Positions 1 to 9,720 of a DNA stretch of 32,000 bases are shown piece by piece. The notes below the pieces were generated by a model. The model saw only the letters and a program-made list of their open reading frames with translations. It had not been told where the DNA came from and did no database searches. Made by a program: the position numbers and the translations under genes. Source of the stretch: Synechocystis sp. PCC 6803 substr. PCC-P (GTDB taxonomy: Bacteria > Cyanobacteriota > Cyanobacteriia > Cyanobacteriales > Microcystaceae); NCBI RefSeq assembly GCF_000284455.1, contig NC_017039.1, forward strand, positions 2,670,001 through 2,702,000. The letters are read 5' to 3'. The stretch's first letter is position 1, and each line of letters starts with the position of its first letter.

Positions 1-1797
1 GGGACGGGAAGCCAAGGATTCCTTGGGGTCCTGTTGGGGGATGGGATGCTCCGGTTCCGTTTCCTTCGGTTTGGACACTGGCCTTTGGCTAAAGTCAGGA
101 TAGGCGATCGCCTTGAGTCCCAATTCCGTATCTCCAGTAAAATCTTCCTCTGGGGAATCTCCCTCCGGATCATTTATCTCTGCTTCCGCCGCCGCTTTTT
201 CCGCCTGGGTAGGGGTGGGGACGGAGGGGGAAATCTGACAATGAATTAAAGCCACGGAAACATTGTCATGGCCATTAACTTGGTTGGCCAATTCAATTAA
301 CCGGGGCACCGCTTCTGCCACCGGGCGATCGCCTTGTAGCACTGGGAGAAAATCATCTTGCCAATACTGTTCGACCCGATTGTAGTCACAAAAACCATCG
401 GAACAGAGCAAAAATAGACAATCCGTCGGCACAATTAAGCGTTGAATGATGGGATGAAGTTGGGCCGAGGGCCCCAAACCCACTGCCTGGGTTAATGCCC
501 CCGATCTGGGTAACTCCACCGCATGGCGATAGAGCATCAGTCCCAGCCGCACTTCCCGGGATGCCACATCATCGTCCACCGTCACCTGTTTACAACTGTC
601 CGCCGTTAACCAATAGCAACGGGAATCCCCCACATTGGCCAGGAAAAATTGTTGAAAATCCGCCAGGGCCATCACCAGGGTTGTGCCCATCCGTTCCCGT
701 TCTGTTCTTTCCTCCCGGTCATTGCGCCGATTGAGTTGCTCGTTAACTTCTTGGATGTCTTCCTTGAGGTGCTGGATGAAAGTGCGGATTTGCTCCGGCT
801 CATTCATTTGTTTTTGAATTTTGGAAATTACCCGAACGGGTAAATGTTCAATCACCCACTGGGAAGCAATTTCTCCCCCTTCCTGGCCCCCCACCCCGTC
901 ACAAATCAGAGTCATGGTGTTGGCCAACTGTTGCCCTTCAATGGGGGTTTCACTGACGGGAAAACAAGCATCTTCGTTGTGGTCTCGACTGGGGCCCCCA
1001 TCGGTCAAAGCAAAAACCGTGTAACTAAAATCGTACTGCTCTGCTAAGGACTGAATGCCCGTATCCAATACCCTCAGTAAATGGTCAGCGTGGGGAATTT
1101 TGCCCTGTTTTAGTTTTTTCCATAGGGTCTGACAAAAATCGGCGATCGCCGGATGGGCATTGGTTAATAGTGGCTCCCAGACTCCTGCCAAATACTTCAT
1201 CTCATAGAATTGATGCTCATCTAGCTTTAACTGCTGGAGTAATACCTGGGGGCCTTGCACCCTCAACCAATCAAACTCCAACAGGCTAGACACCACCCCC
1301 TGCCGTTGCAGCGGTTGCCAAAGGCGAATCATTTGCCAGAGCCAAGTTAACTGCTGTAAGGGACAAGCATGCTCCCACATTTCCCCCAGGGAAGGTAACA
1401 ACTGTTCATGGACAGGTTCCCCTGCTTGATCCAGCGCCACCGGGCCATAGTCCAACAGCCACACCGATAAATCCTTTTCCTCATCCCAACTAGGAAAATA
1501 GTCGTACACCTCCGGCACATTGAGACGAAAGGGCAATAGCTTTTGGTAGGGCAAAATATAATTCGGGATTTCCTCTGGCCCCTCGACCCCCAGGGCCGGC
1601 GTAGTGTCCAACAACACCTGGGGCCGCACCAACAGATAACGTTCCAGTAGCAGTTCCCCCGGTTGGTAGGCCTTGATCCAGTCCCCCACCGACCACAGAT
1701 ACCTTTTCAGCAGAGGAGTCCGGCAGGTTTTGCACAGGCGATCGCCTAGGTCATTGGGGGCTTGACAATCGCAGTTGGAGCAGTGGACAGTCGGCAC
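1..1797 (-). CDS. PP2C-family Ser/Thr protein phosphatase with N-terminal zinc ribbon (C-terminus truncated by window edge)
   Basis: Missing from the ORF track because it is open to the window edge. Manual translation from GTG 1797 (GAGGGG Shine-Dalgarno upstream) gives VPTVHCSNCDCQAPNDLGDRLCKTCRTPLL..., then PP2C motifs: DHNEDACF, ICDGVGGQEGG, VGDSRCYW, LLCSDGFCD, GHDNVSVALI. 599 codons lie within the window. Confidence 0.88.
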   Translation of the reverse strand, partial: MPTVHCSNCDCQAPNDLGDRLCKTCRTPLLKRYLWSVGDWIKAYQPGELLLERYLLVRPQVLLDTTPALGVEGPEEIPNYILPYQKLLPFRLNVPEVYDYFPSWDEEKDLSVWLLDYGPVALDQAGEPVHEQLLPSLGEMWEHACPLQQLTWLWQMIRLWQPLQRQGVVSSLLEFDWLRVQGPQVLLQQLKLDEHQFYEMKYLAGVWEPLLTNAHPAIADFCQTLWKKLKQGKIPHADHLLRVLDTGIQSLAEQYDFSYTVFALTDGGPSRDHNEDACFPVSETPIEGQQLANTMTLICDGVGGQEGGEIASQWVIEHLPVRVISKIQKQMNEPEQIRTFIQHLKEDIQEVNEQLNRRNDREERTERERMGTTLVMALADFQQFFLANVGDSRCYWLTADSCKQVTVDDDVASREVRLGLMLYRHAVELPRSGALTQAVGLGPSAQLHPIIQRLIVPTDCLFLLCSDGFCDYNRVEQYWQDDFLPVLQGDRPVAEAVPRLIELANQVNGHDNVSVALIHCQISPSVPTPTQAEKAAAEAEINDPEGDSPEEDFTGDTELGLKAIAYPDFSQRPVSKPKETEPEHPIPQQDPKESLASRP

Positions 1798-1927
1798 AGC
1801 ATTACCCCTCGAACAAATTTCTGATTAATTTTAAGGAAATATGCAATCTTAAGAACATTTCCAAAAAGTTGTAATAGGCTAAAAGAGAAAAAACCGCCAT
1901 TGTTTGCAAAATTGCCCCACGAGGATT

Positions 1928-2548
1928 ATGAGCGTTGAAGCTGTCATCGAAAACCGAGACTACACCCTAATGATCGATAAAAGCAGTAGCATGGCCACCG
2001 CTGATGATCCCAATGGCCCCACTCGCTGGGAAATAGCCCAAGCTTCGACCATTGCCCTGGCGAAAAAATGTGAAGAAATTGACTCCGACGGCATCACCGT
2101 TTATCTATTCTCTGGCCGCTTCCGTCGTTATGACAATGTTACCGCCGAGAAAGTTGCTTACATCTACGCCAACAATGAACCCATGGGGCGCACTGATCTG
2201 GCCGGTGCCCTCAAGGATGGCCTGGACAATTTTTTCCAACGACGGCAGGCCGGACAAACTAAACCCAATGGGGAAACTTTTCTGATTATTACCGACGGGG
2301 AACCCACTGACCGCAAAGCAGTTATCCGTTTAATTTTAGAAGCGAGCCAAAAAATTGACCGGGATGAGGAGTTAGCGATTTCGTTGATTCAGGTGGGCAG
2401 GGATAAAAAAGCAACGGCCTTTTTTCAGGCTTTAGATGATCAATTACAGGCGGCCGGAGCGAAGTTCGACATTGTGGATACCGTCACCATGGAAGATATG
2501 CAGGGCATGAGCTTGAGTGATGTACTGCTCAAAGCAATTACAGATTAG
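1928..2548 (+). CDS. von Willebrand factor A (vWA) domain protein
   Basis: Translation MSVEAVIENRDYTLMIDKSSSMA has MIDAS DxSxS (DKSSS), a distal LAGALKDGL and LIITDGEPTDR. ATG 1928 is preceded by GAGGA; the ORF track start (1904) is a less likely TTG. Confidence 0.85.
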   Translation: MSVEAVIENRDYTLMIDKSSSMATADDPNGPTRWEIAQASTIALAKKCEEIDSDGITVYLFSGRFRRYDNVTAEKVAYIYANNEPMGRTDLAGALKDGLDNFFQRRQAGQTKPNGETFLIITDGEPTDRKAVIRLILEASQKIDRDEELAISLIQVGRDKKATAFFQALDDQLQAAGAKFDIVDTVTMEDMQGMSLSDVLLKAITD

Positions 2549-2562
2549 GGGAATACCCAACC

Positions 2563-4023
2563 ATGGCGCTGGTTTTGCTGTCTCAATGGAAAAAATATCT
2601 GGACCCATTGCCGCTCCAACTGACAGGAACGGGGATTTTTTACCTCTGTCTCACTACGGGGGTAGGGGCCCAGGCCGATCGCCTCTGCGTAGGGGATTTA
2701 CAACAAAAGCTGGAAAGCCATTTACAACAACCAGAATTGAGCCGAGCTCAATGGGGCATTGCCATTCAACCTCTGACAGATTCCCAGCCTATTTACCAAT
2801 ATCAGGCTGACCGTTTTTTTATTCCCGCCTCCAACCAAAAATTAATTACCACCGCCATGGCTCTTCAGGAATTGGGGCCAAATTTTCGCTTTACCACCCA
2901 AGTTTATCAACGGGACGGGGGCAAAAAAGTCCAAGTTATCTCCAGCGGCGATCCCAGTTTTGACGTAGATGACCTAACGGCGATCGCCAAGGGTTTAAAA
3001 GATAGGGGGGTGACGGCGATCGAAGAATTGGAACTTGTAGATACCATTGCCCCCCAGGATTACCAACGCCCCAGTTGGGAGTGGGATGATTTGCACTACG
3101 GTTATGCTCCCCCGGTTAATGGTGCAATTTTGACTGGCAATCAAGTGATCCTTACCCTCACGCCCCAAAATCTGGGGGAACCATTGACCCCCACCTGGTC
3201 CGATCCCATTGCTGGGGCACAATGGCAGATCATTAACCAGACCGAAACGGCCGTTGATCCACACCAACCTCCCCAGGTACAACAGATTTTTGGTCAACGG
3301 CAATTGGTTATCACTGGCGGCCTGCCCCCCGCAGGGGAAACCCGTTCCATCACCCTAGCTGTGGCTGATCCCCAGCAATATTTCCTCGCCAGTTTGCAAC
3401 AAAAGTTAGCAGAACAAGGCATTTCTGTAAGCACTTCGATCGTTAGCGCCAACACCAAGGCGATCGCCCCGGCCCCTTTGCTGGCTCTCACTTCCCCTCC
3501 CCTGTGGACACTGATTAAAACCGTCAACCAAGACAGCAATAACCTCTACGCTGAAGCGTTGCTCAATGCCATTCAGCCCCCTTCCCAGGCTACGGATTGG
3601 CAGTCCTACGTGGAAAGACTAGGCCTAGCCACCACCACGGTCAGATTACGGGATGGCTCAGGACTTTCCCGTCAAGACCTAGTGACGCCCCAAGCCTTAG
3701 TTCAACTTTTAATTAACCAAACCCAAAAATCAACGGGGACCATTTATCAACAATCCCTGGCCGTTGCTGGGCGATCGGGCACCCTGGAACGTAGTTTCGC
3801 CGATACTCCCCTGGTGGGCAAAATGCGGGGTAAAACAGGTACCCTCACAGGGGTGGTTTCCTTAACGGGCTATGTGGAAAACCAGCAATGGGGCACAGTG
3901 GCATTCAGTTTTATGGTCAACAACAGTGACCTGGGGGCCTCCGTGCTACGGGAAGCAATGAAGCAGATGGTACTTTGGACTGCCCAGGTAGAAAAGTGTC
4001 AGCCCAGCGACCAGGGACGGTAA
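2563..4023 (+). CDS. D-alanyl-D-alanine carboxypeptidase / PBP4 (peptidase S13) family
   Basis: Hydrophobic N-terminus, active-site SNQK (SxxK), SNN (DSNNLYAEALLN) and KTG (GKMRGKTGTLTG) motifs in the correct order. Confidence 0.9.
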   Translation: MALVLLSQWKKYLDPLPLQLTGTGIFYLCLTTGVGAQADRLCVGDLQQKLESHLQQPELSRAQWGIAIQPLTDSQPIYQYQADRFFIPASNQKLITTAMALQELGPNFRFTTQVYQRDGGKKVQVISSGDPSFDVDDLTAIAKGLKDRGVTAIEELELVDTIAPQDYQRPSWEWDDLHYGYAPPVNGAILTGNQVILTLTPQNLGEPLTPTWSDPIAGAQWQIINQTETAVDPHQPPQVQQIFGQRQLVITGGLPPAGETRSITLAVADPQQYFLASLQQKLAEQGISVSTSIVSANTKAIAPAPLLALTSPPLWTLIKTVNQDSNNLYAEALLNAIQPPSQATDWQSYVERLGLATTTVRLRDGSGLSRQDLVTPQALVQLLINQTQKSTGTIYQQSLAVAGRSGTLERSFADTPLVGKMRGKTGTLTGVVSLTGYVENQQWGTVAFSFMVNNSDLGASVLREAMKQMVLWTAQVEKCQPSDQGR

Positions 4024-4033
4024 ATATTAGTTG

Positions 4034-4252
4034 CTAACGCTTGGCATTCAAACAAAGATAAGAATCCACTACTCTGCCAGTACGTTGGCAGTTCACCAAG
4101 AGATAGTCACACACAGGGCAAGCAGTTTCGGTGACAACTTCTTTTTCAATCAAGCATTGTTGACGGACGGCATGGCTGCCGCAGTTGGGGCAATGGATGG
4201 TCTGCTTGGTGAGAATTTGGGGGGCTTGGATCAGTCGGGTATGCATGATCAT
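4034..4252 (-). CDS. Small conserved cyanobacterial zinc-ribbon-like protein, function unknown
   Basis: 72 aa with HCPNCGSHAVR...TACPVCDYLLVNCQRTGRVVDSYL: two CPxC knuckles and a downstream Cys plus TGRVV motif, familiar from short cyanobacterial proteins. Start codon ambiguous (two nearby Met). Confidence 0.7.
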   Translation of the reverse strand: MIMHTRLIQAPQILTKQTIHCPNCGSHAVRQQCLIEKEVVTETACPVCDYLLVNCQRTGRVVDSYLCLNAKR

Positions 4253-4763
4253 GGTGATTGCTCAGGATACTTATTAAAGAGGATTTCTCAAAAATCGGGC
4301 TAAATAGGTCAAATTGCAGCGTTAAAAAACAATAGAATTCCTGTAGGATTTGTAAAATAAAACACAGTTATAAAGTCGAAGTAAAAGAAAGCAAAAATTA
4401 CTCCCAGTAGCATTTAGCGCTGATCCCCATGGCAGTCAAGCCCATTTACGTCGTGTTGGTCCTTAGATAGCTTAGGTAATTAATCAAGGAAAACAACGCC
4501 GCTGACGAACTTTTCAGGCCGCAGTGACCTGCTGAGACTAAGAAATTAACACTCTCGACGGACTGTATCAGGTTTTCTTAACTATTAATTAAGCTTTGCT
4601 AGATAATGGCCATGGGTTAACTAATGTCGCCCAAGTCCTTGATCCCAATGGGTTTTTCCCGTTTATGCCCCAGGACAAACTGCCCAAATAATGGCGCAAA
4701 AGCTAGTTTTTCCTTCTGCGCCTAGGGCCATGGACTGTCCGGGAACGGCCTTGCAACTTGTGT

Positions 4764-5582
4764 TCAGACAAATACCCGATGTTGCAGCGAAGGCATTTGT
4801 TGGCGCACCTGTTTGAGGCGGTCTGGGTTAATTTCGGCGATCGCCAACCCTGGTTTTTCCCCCGCATCGGCCAGGATCACTCCCCAGGGGTCAATGATCA
4901 TGGCATGCCCATGGGTATGCCGTCTTTCGTAATGACAACCAGTTTGGGCCGGGGCAATGACGTAGCAGGTATTTTCAATGGCCCGGGCCTGGAGCAACAC
5001 TTGCCAATGGTCCTTGCCGGTGTAGGCAGTGAAAGCGGCGGGCACAAACAGAACATCTGCTCCTTGGCGGGAAAGGTAACGATACAATTCAGGGAAACGA
5101 ACGTCGTAGCAAATGGACAGCCCCAAATTACCAAAGCTGTCGGAGTGGTACACTGGGGGATATTTTTGCCCAGCCATCACCGTGGCCGATTCCCAGTAGG
5201 TATTGCCGTCGGGCACATTAACATCAAACAAATGCACTTTGTGGTACCGGGCCAATTCCTGCCCATTGGGGGCAATTAGAGTAGCTGTGTTATAGGCTTT
5301 GCCTGCTTCCCCTGCCACCGGAAAGGGAAAGCCCCCCGCCAGGATAGTCACCTGGAACCGTTGGGCCATGGTCTGTAAAAATTTTTCCGTCGCCGTGGCG
5401 ATCGCCGTTGCCTGTTCTAGCTTTTCAGTTTCATTGCCCAAAAAAGCAAAATTCTCCGGCAAACCCACCAATTCTGCCCCCTGGCGCACCGCCAAATCGA
5501 TCAACTCCTCTGCTTCTTGTAAATTCTCGGTGAGGTTGGGGCGGCTGGTCATTTGCAGGGCAGCGGCTAAATACGGTTTCAT
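4764..5582 (-). CDS. Carbon-nitrogen hydrolase (nitrilase/omega-amidase/Nit family)
   Basis: Catalytic triad contexts: Glu in LVGLPENFAFLG, Lys in YHKVHLFDV, Cys in LSICYDVRFPELYR. Confidence 0.92.
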   Translation of the reverse strand: MKPYLAAALQMTSRPNLTENLQEAEELIDLAVRQGAELVGLPENFAFLGNETEKLEQATAIATATEKFLQTMAQRFQVTILAGGFPFPVAGEAGKAYNTATLIAPNGQELARYHKVHLFDVNVPDGNTYWESATVMAGQKYPPVYHSDSFGNLGLSICYDVRFPELYRYLSRQGADVLFVPAAFTAYTGKDHWQVLLQARAIENTCYVIAPAQTGCHYERRHTHGHAMIIDPWGVILADAGEKPGLAIAEINPDRLKQVRQQMPSLQHRVFV

Positions 5583-5966
5583 GAAAATTCCTTGTCAGAA
5601 AGAAGCAGTGGGGCTAGCAGTTCATTTTATCCTGATCGGGTGTAGGGACGGAACTTGCTCCAAAAAAGAGGTAGAGGGCTTCACATCTTAAGATATTATG
5701 GAGAAAAACTTGCTTAAAGTTTGGTGTTTGCTAGACTGAAGTCCCCCGCTTTTTAAGATTGTTAATCTCAACATATTTTTAAGAGTCTATTTTTAGCCTT
5801 ATTGATAAGAATTTCTAAGGACAATAACAAGGTTTACTTAACAATTCCCCTTGGGAATCTATCCTCTGGAGATTAGAGAAGTAACCGTTATCGTTGACCA
5901 TTCTGAGCATGGTGGTTAACCAAACTGAATATTCTCCATAGCACTTTTACAAATTTTTTTGATCGA

Positions 5967-7565
5967 ATGCTTGATTCTTCCGTACCCACTTTTTCCGTTA
6001 CCACTCCACTGTACTACGTTAATGATGTGCCCCATTTGGGCAGTGCCTACACCACGGTGGTGGCGGACACCCTGGCCCGCTTTAAAAGATTACAGGGCTA
6101 TGACGTGTTGATGATCACTGGTACCGACGAGCATGGGCAAAAAATTCAACGTACCGCCGAAGCCCAAGAGCTTGATCCCCAAACCCATTGTGACCGCACC
6201 GTAGTCAAGTTTAAGGAACTCTGGCGATCGCTCAATATCCTTTACGACCGCTTTAGCCGTACTACCGATCCCCGCCATTTAGCCATTGTCAAAGATTTTT
6301 TTCAACGGGTTTGGGATAAAGGGGATATTTATCTGGCCCAACAACAGGGCTGGTACTGTGTAGCTTGCGAAGAATTTAAGGAAAAAAGAGATTTATTAGA
6401 AGATAACCATTGCCCCCTGCACCCCAACCGCAAGGCAGAATGGCGGGATGAAGAAAACTATTTTTTTCGCCTCTCCCGCTATCAACACCCCTTGGAAGAA
6501 CTGTACGCCCAACGACCGGAATTTATTCAACCCAGTAGTCGTCGCAATGAGGTGTTGAATTTCGTCGCCCAGGGATTGCAAGATTTTTCTATCTCCCGGG
6601 TCAATTTGGACTGGGGTTTCCCTCTCCCTAATGATCCCAACCATACCATTTACGTTTGGTTTGACGCTCTTTTGGGCTATGTCACCGCTCTCTTGGATGA
6701 AGATGAAGAACCAAATTTAACTAACGCTCTGGTTAAGTGGTGGCCGATTAATCTACACCTGATTGGCAAAGATATTTTGCGCTTTCATGCAGTCTATTGG
6801 CCCGCCATGTTAATGTCAGCGGAATTAGCGATCCCCGCCCAGGTTTTTGGCCATGGCTTTCTCACCAAAGATGGCCAAAAAATGGGTAAAAGTTTGGGCA
6901 ACACCGTTGATCCCCTGGATTTAATTAACCGCTACGGGGAGGATGCTTTCCGTTACTATTTCCTCAAGGAAATTGAGTTTGGTAAAGATGGGGATTTTAA
7001 TGAACAACGGTTTGTTAATGTGCTCAATGCTGACTTGGCCAACGACCTGGGTAATTTGCTCAATCGCACCCTCGGTATGGTGAAAAAGTACTGCCAGGGT
7101 CAAGGCCCCCAGGTTATGGCCACGGATTTAGCCCCGGATAATCCCCTCAAAGCGCTGGGCAGTCATTTGGGAGAAGAGGTGAGCAGTGCCTATGAAAGGC
7201 TGTCCTTTACTGATGCCTGTGAAGCAATTTTCACTCTGGTGAGGGCTGGGAATAAATATATTGACGACATGGCCCCCTGGAAATTATTTAAACAGGGCAG
7301 TCAGAAGGAGGTAGAAGACGTGCTGTACAGCGTGTTGGAATCCATTCGGCTCTCGGCCTATCTTCTTTCCCCCATTGTTCCCCGCCTGAGTACCAAAATT
7401 TATCAACAGCTAGGTTTTACCTGGGACTTTGACCAGTGGCGATCGCCGTTGGAGCAAGCGGAAGAATTCAACCGTCACCAATCCTGGGGCCAATTGGGTG
7501 CGAACCAAAATCTGCCCCCTGCCCAACCTATTTTTACCAAACTGGAGTTACCGGCAGAGGAGTAG
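5967..7565 (+). CDS. metG: Methionyl-tRNA synthetase
   Basis: TTPLYYVNDVPHLGSAYTTVVADTLARF (class I HIGH region), TGTDEHGQKIQ, GKSLGN (KMSKS-type motif GQKMGKSLGN). Confidence 0.97.
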   Translation: MLDSSVPTFSVTTPLYYVNDVPHLGSAYTTVVADTLARFKRLQGYDVLMITGTDEHGQKIQRTAEAQELDPQTHCDRTVVKFKELWRSLNILYDRFSRTTDPRHLAIVKDFFQRVWDKGDIYLAQQQGWYCVACEEFKEKRDLLEDNHCPLHPNRKAEWRDEENYFFRLSRYQHPLEELYAQRPEFIQPSSRRNEVLNFVAQGLQDFSISRVNLDWGFPLPNDPNHTIYVWFDALLGYVTALLDEDEEPNLTNALVKWWPINLHLIGKDILRFHAVYWPAMLMSAELAIPAQVFGHGFLTKDGQKMGKSLGNTVDPLDLINRYGEDAFRYYFLKEIEFGKDGDFNEQRFVNVLNADLANDLGNLLNRTLGMVKKYCQGQGPQVMATDLAPDNPLKALGSHLGEEVSSAYERLSFTDACEAIFTLVRAGNKYIDDMAPWKLFKQGSQKEVEDVLYSVLESIRLSAYLLSPIVPRLSTKIYQQLGFTWDFDQWRSPLEQAEEFNRHQSWGQLGANQNLPPAQPIFTKLELPAEE

Positions 7566-7710
7566 AATCAAAAACTGACCCCCTAGGTCAATTTCAATCT
7601 TTTTAAGATTTTTTAACAAAAATTAACATTTTTATAACTTTCCCGCCTTTTCCCCTTGAAAAAATTTTTTAAAACCCCTTTAAATTACAACTTAGTCATT
7701 TAGGAACACC

Positions 7711-8316
7711 ATGTTTGAGGACTTTGAACAGGATGCACTGTTTACGCCGGATCAGTTATTAGAAAACCGGGGGCGGGTAGCCATTTTCATCGATGGTTCC
7801 AATCTTTTTTACGCCGCATTACAGTTGGGCATTGAAATTGATTACACCAAGCTATTGCACTGTTTAACGGGCGGCTCCCGCCTATTGCGGGCTTTTTTCT
7901 ACACCGGAGTAGACCGTAGTAACGAAAAACAACAGGGATTTTTACTTTGGATGCGCCGCAATGGTTACCGAGTCATTGCCAAAGACTTAGTGCAATTACC
8001 AGACGGTTCTAAAAAGGCTAACTTAGACGTGGAAATTGCCGTGGACTTGATGTCCCTGGTGGGTTCCTATGACACCGCAGTGGTGGTCAGTGGCGATGGG
8101 GATTTGGCCTATGCGGCCGATGCGGTCAGTTATCGGGGGGCGCGCATTGAAGTGGTGAGTCTCCGTTCCATGACCAGCGACAGTTTAATTAATGTGTCCG
8201 ACCGTTACGTGGATCTTGACAGTATTAAGGAGGAAATTCAAAAACAACCCCGTCCCAATAGTGGCTATCGTAACGTCAATCCCTTGCCTATTTTTTCTCA
8301 GGAAAAATCTTCCTAA
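7711..8316 (+). CDS. LabA-like NYN/DUF88 domain protein
   Basis: RVAIFIDGSNLFYAALQLG, KKANLDVEIAVDLMSL, DTAVVVSGDGDLAYAADAVSYRGARIEVVS: conserved acidic residues of the NYN (PIN-like) fold in LabA proteins. Confidence 0.85.
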   Translation: MFEDFEQDALFTPDQLLENRGRVAIFIDGSNLFYAALQLGIEIDYTKLLHCLTGGSRLLRAFFYTGVDRSNEKQQGFLLWMRRNGYRVIAKDLVQLPDGSKKANLDVEIAVDLMSLVGSYDTAVVVSGDGDLAYAADAVSYRGARIEVVSLRSMTSDSLINVSDRYVDLDSIKEEIQKQPRPNSGYRNVNPLPIFSQEKSS

Positions 8317-8376
8317 AAGTCTAGCCAATTTTTTCTATTCCTCCTTACTCACTGTCATTGATCTTTTGATGGGAGT

Positions 8377-9699
8377 TTACAAAGAAATTCCCCGCAGTTG
8401 CTGGTAAAGCAGAGTAGCTTGTAAATCCGTCATACCGGCAATGTAGTCGGTTACTTTCAGAATTTTGCTGTAATTATCTTCATCGGGGGCTATTTGATGC
8501 TCTGGAGGCAACATAAATTTGAGCAATTTTCCCTTCGGACGGGGTTGTTTTTCCAGTACGGAGGTCAAAAAATCGGTTAGTAGATCCCCCAGGACCTCAA
8601 AGCCAGCAATTTTAATTCTCACCACATTGGGATGGTGAAAAACCGCATTGGTGGTCATGGTTTCAATTTCCTTGAGTTGGGGAGAAAAGCGACTTAGCTC
8701 CACTAGGGATTGGTCAAATTTCCCTGCCAAAATATCCGGTTCGTGGTCAAGAAAAAGTTGAGCAACTTCCTTCACCAGTCGATTAATGGCCTTGGCCCGC
8801 AGTCGCTTGATGGTTTCTGCTGGACTGCCTTCGTATTGGTTCAGGTCAATGTCAGCAATGCTTTGGAGTTTATCTTGCACCGCTGCAAAGGGGAGATAGC
8901 CCATGTGAAAACCATCTTCCAAATCGACAATGGAGTAACACAGATCATCCGCCGCCTCCATTAAAAACGTGAGGGGATGGCGACACCACCAAGCAACCTT
9001 TGGCGATCGCCCGATGAGACCCACGGTTTCTGCCACTTCAGTGAATAGATCCTTTTCAGCTTGGAAAAAACCATATTTTTGTAAACTTTTGCCGGGATGA
9101 CGGGCCAGGGTACGTTGGGGAATAAAGGATTCCCGGGGATATTTAGCAAAGGTGGCCAGGGTAGCACAGGTTAGTTGCAGTCCCCCTGGGCGATGGGGTA
9201 GACCAAGCCTAGTTAAAATCCGAAAGCCCTGGGCATTGCCTTCAAAGCGGTCAAAGTCAGCTTTTTCCAGGGGATTAATCAAGGCACCGGAACGATTTTT
9301 GCGGGCATACCATTTTTGAAAAGCGGTTTGGATGGCGTCCTCCCCCGCATGGCCAAAGGGGGGATTACCAATGTCGTGGGCTAAACAGGCCGCCGAGAGA
9401 ATATCACCAAAGTCCGCCGCTTCGATCGCCTGGAGTTGATGGCGTTTAATTATTTGATCCCCCACCATGCGCCCTAGGGAACGCCCCACACAGGACACTT
9501 CTAAACTGTGAATCAGCCGGGTGCGGACATCGGCATTTTTGGACAGGGGAAAAACCTGGGTTTTATCCTTCAGCCGCCGGAAAGCGGTGGAATAGACAAT
9601 GCGGTCATAATCTTTCAGAAAAGAGGTGCGCTCAAACTGATGCTCCTCCAACTGTTGTTTACCGAGGCGCTTGCGGGAGAGTAATTGTTGCCATTCCAT
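8377..9699 (-). CDS. dgt: dGTP triphosphohydrolase (HD domain)
   Basis: RIVYSTAFRRLKDKTQVF, RTRLIHSLEVS, ACLAHDIGNPPFGHAGE (HD motif), EAADDLCYSIVDLEDG. Confidence 0.93.
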   Translation of the reverse strand: MEWQQLLSRKRLGKQQLEEHQFERTSFLKDYDRIVYSTAFRRLKDKTQVFPLSKNADVRTRLIHSLEVSCVGRSLGRMVGDQIIKRHQLQAIEAADFGDILSAACLAHDIGNPPFGHAGEDAIQTAFQKWYARKNRSGALINPLEKADFDRFEGNAQGFRILTRLGLPHRPGGLQLTCATLATFAKYPRESFIPQRTLARHPGKSLQKYGFFQAEKDLFTEVAETVGLIGRSPKVAWWCRHPLTFLMEAADDLCYSIVDLEDGFHMGYLPFAAVQDKLQSIADIDLNQYEGSPAETIKRLRAKAINRLVKEVAQLFLDHEPDILAGKFDQSLVELSRFSPQLKEIETMTTNAVFHHPNVVRIKIAGFEVLGDLLTDFLTSVLEKQPRPKGKLLKFMLPPEHQIAPDEDNYSKILKVTDYIAGMTDLQATLLYQQLRGISL

Positions 9700-9720
9700 T
9701 GGGTTAATGCTTTCGTTGGC

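Noticed and set aside
844-1047. Plus-strand 67-aa ORF and neighbouring short plus-strand ORFs (34-249, 495-734, 649-843, 821-1024)
   Set aside because: All lie antisense to the PP2C reading frame, and their sequences lack recognised motifs or ribosome-binding sites.
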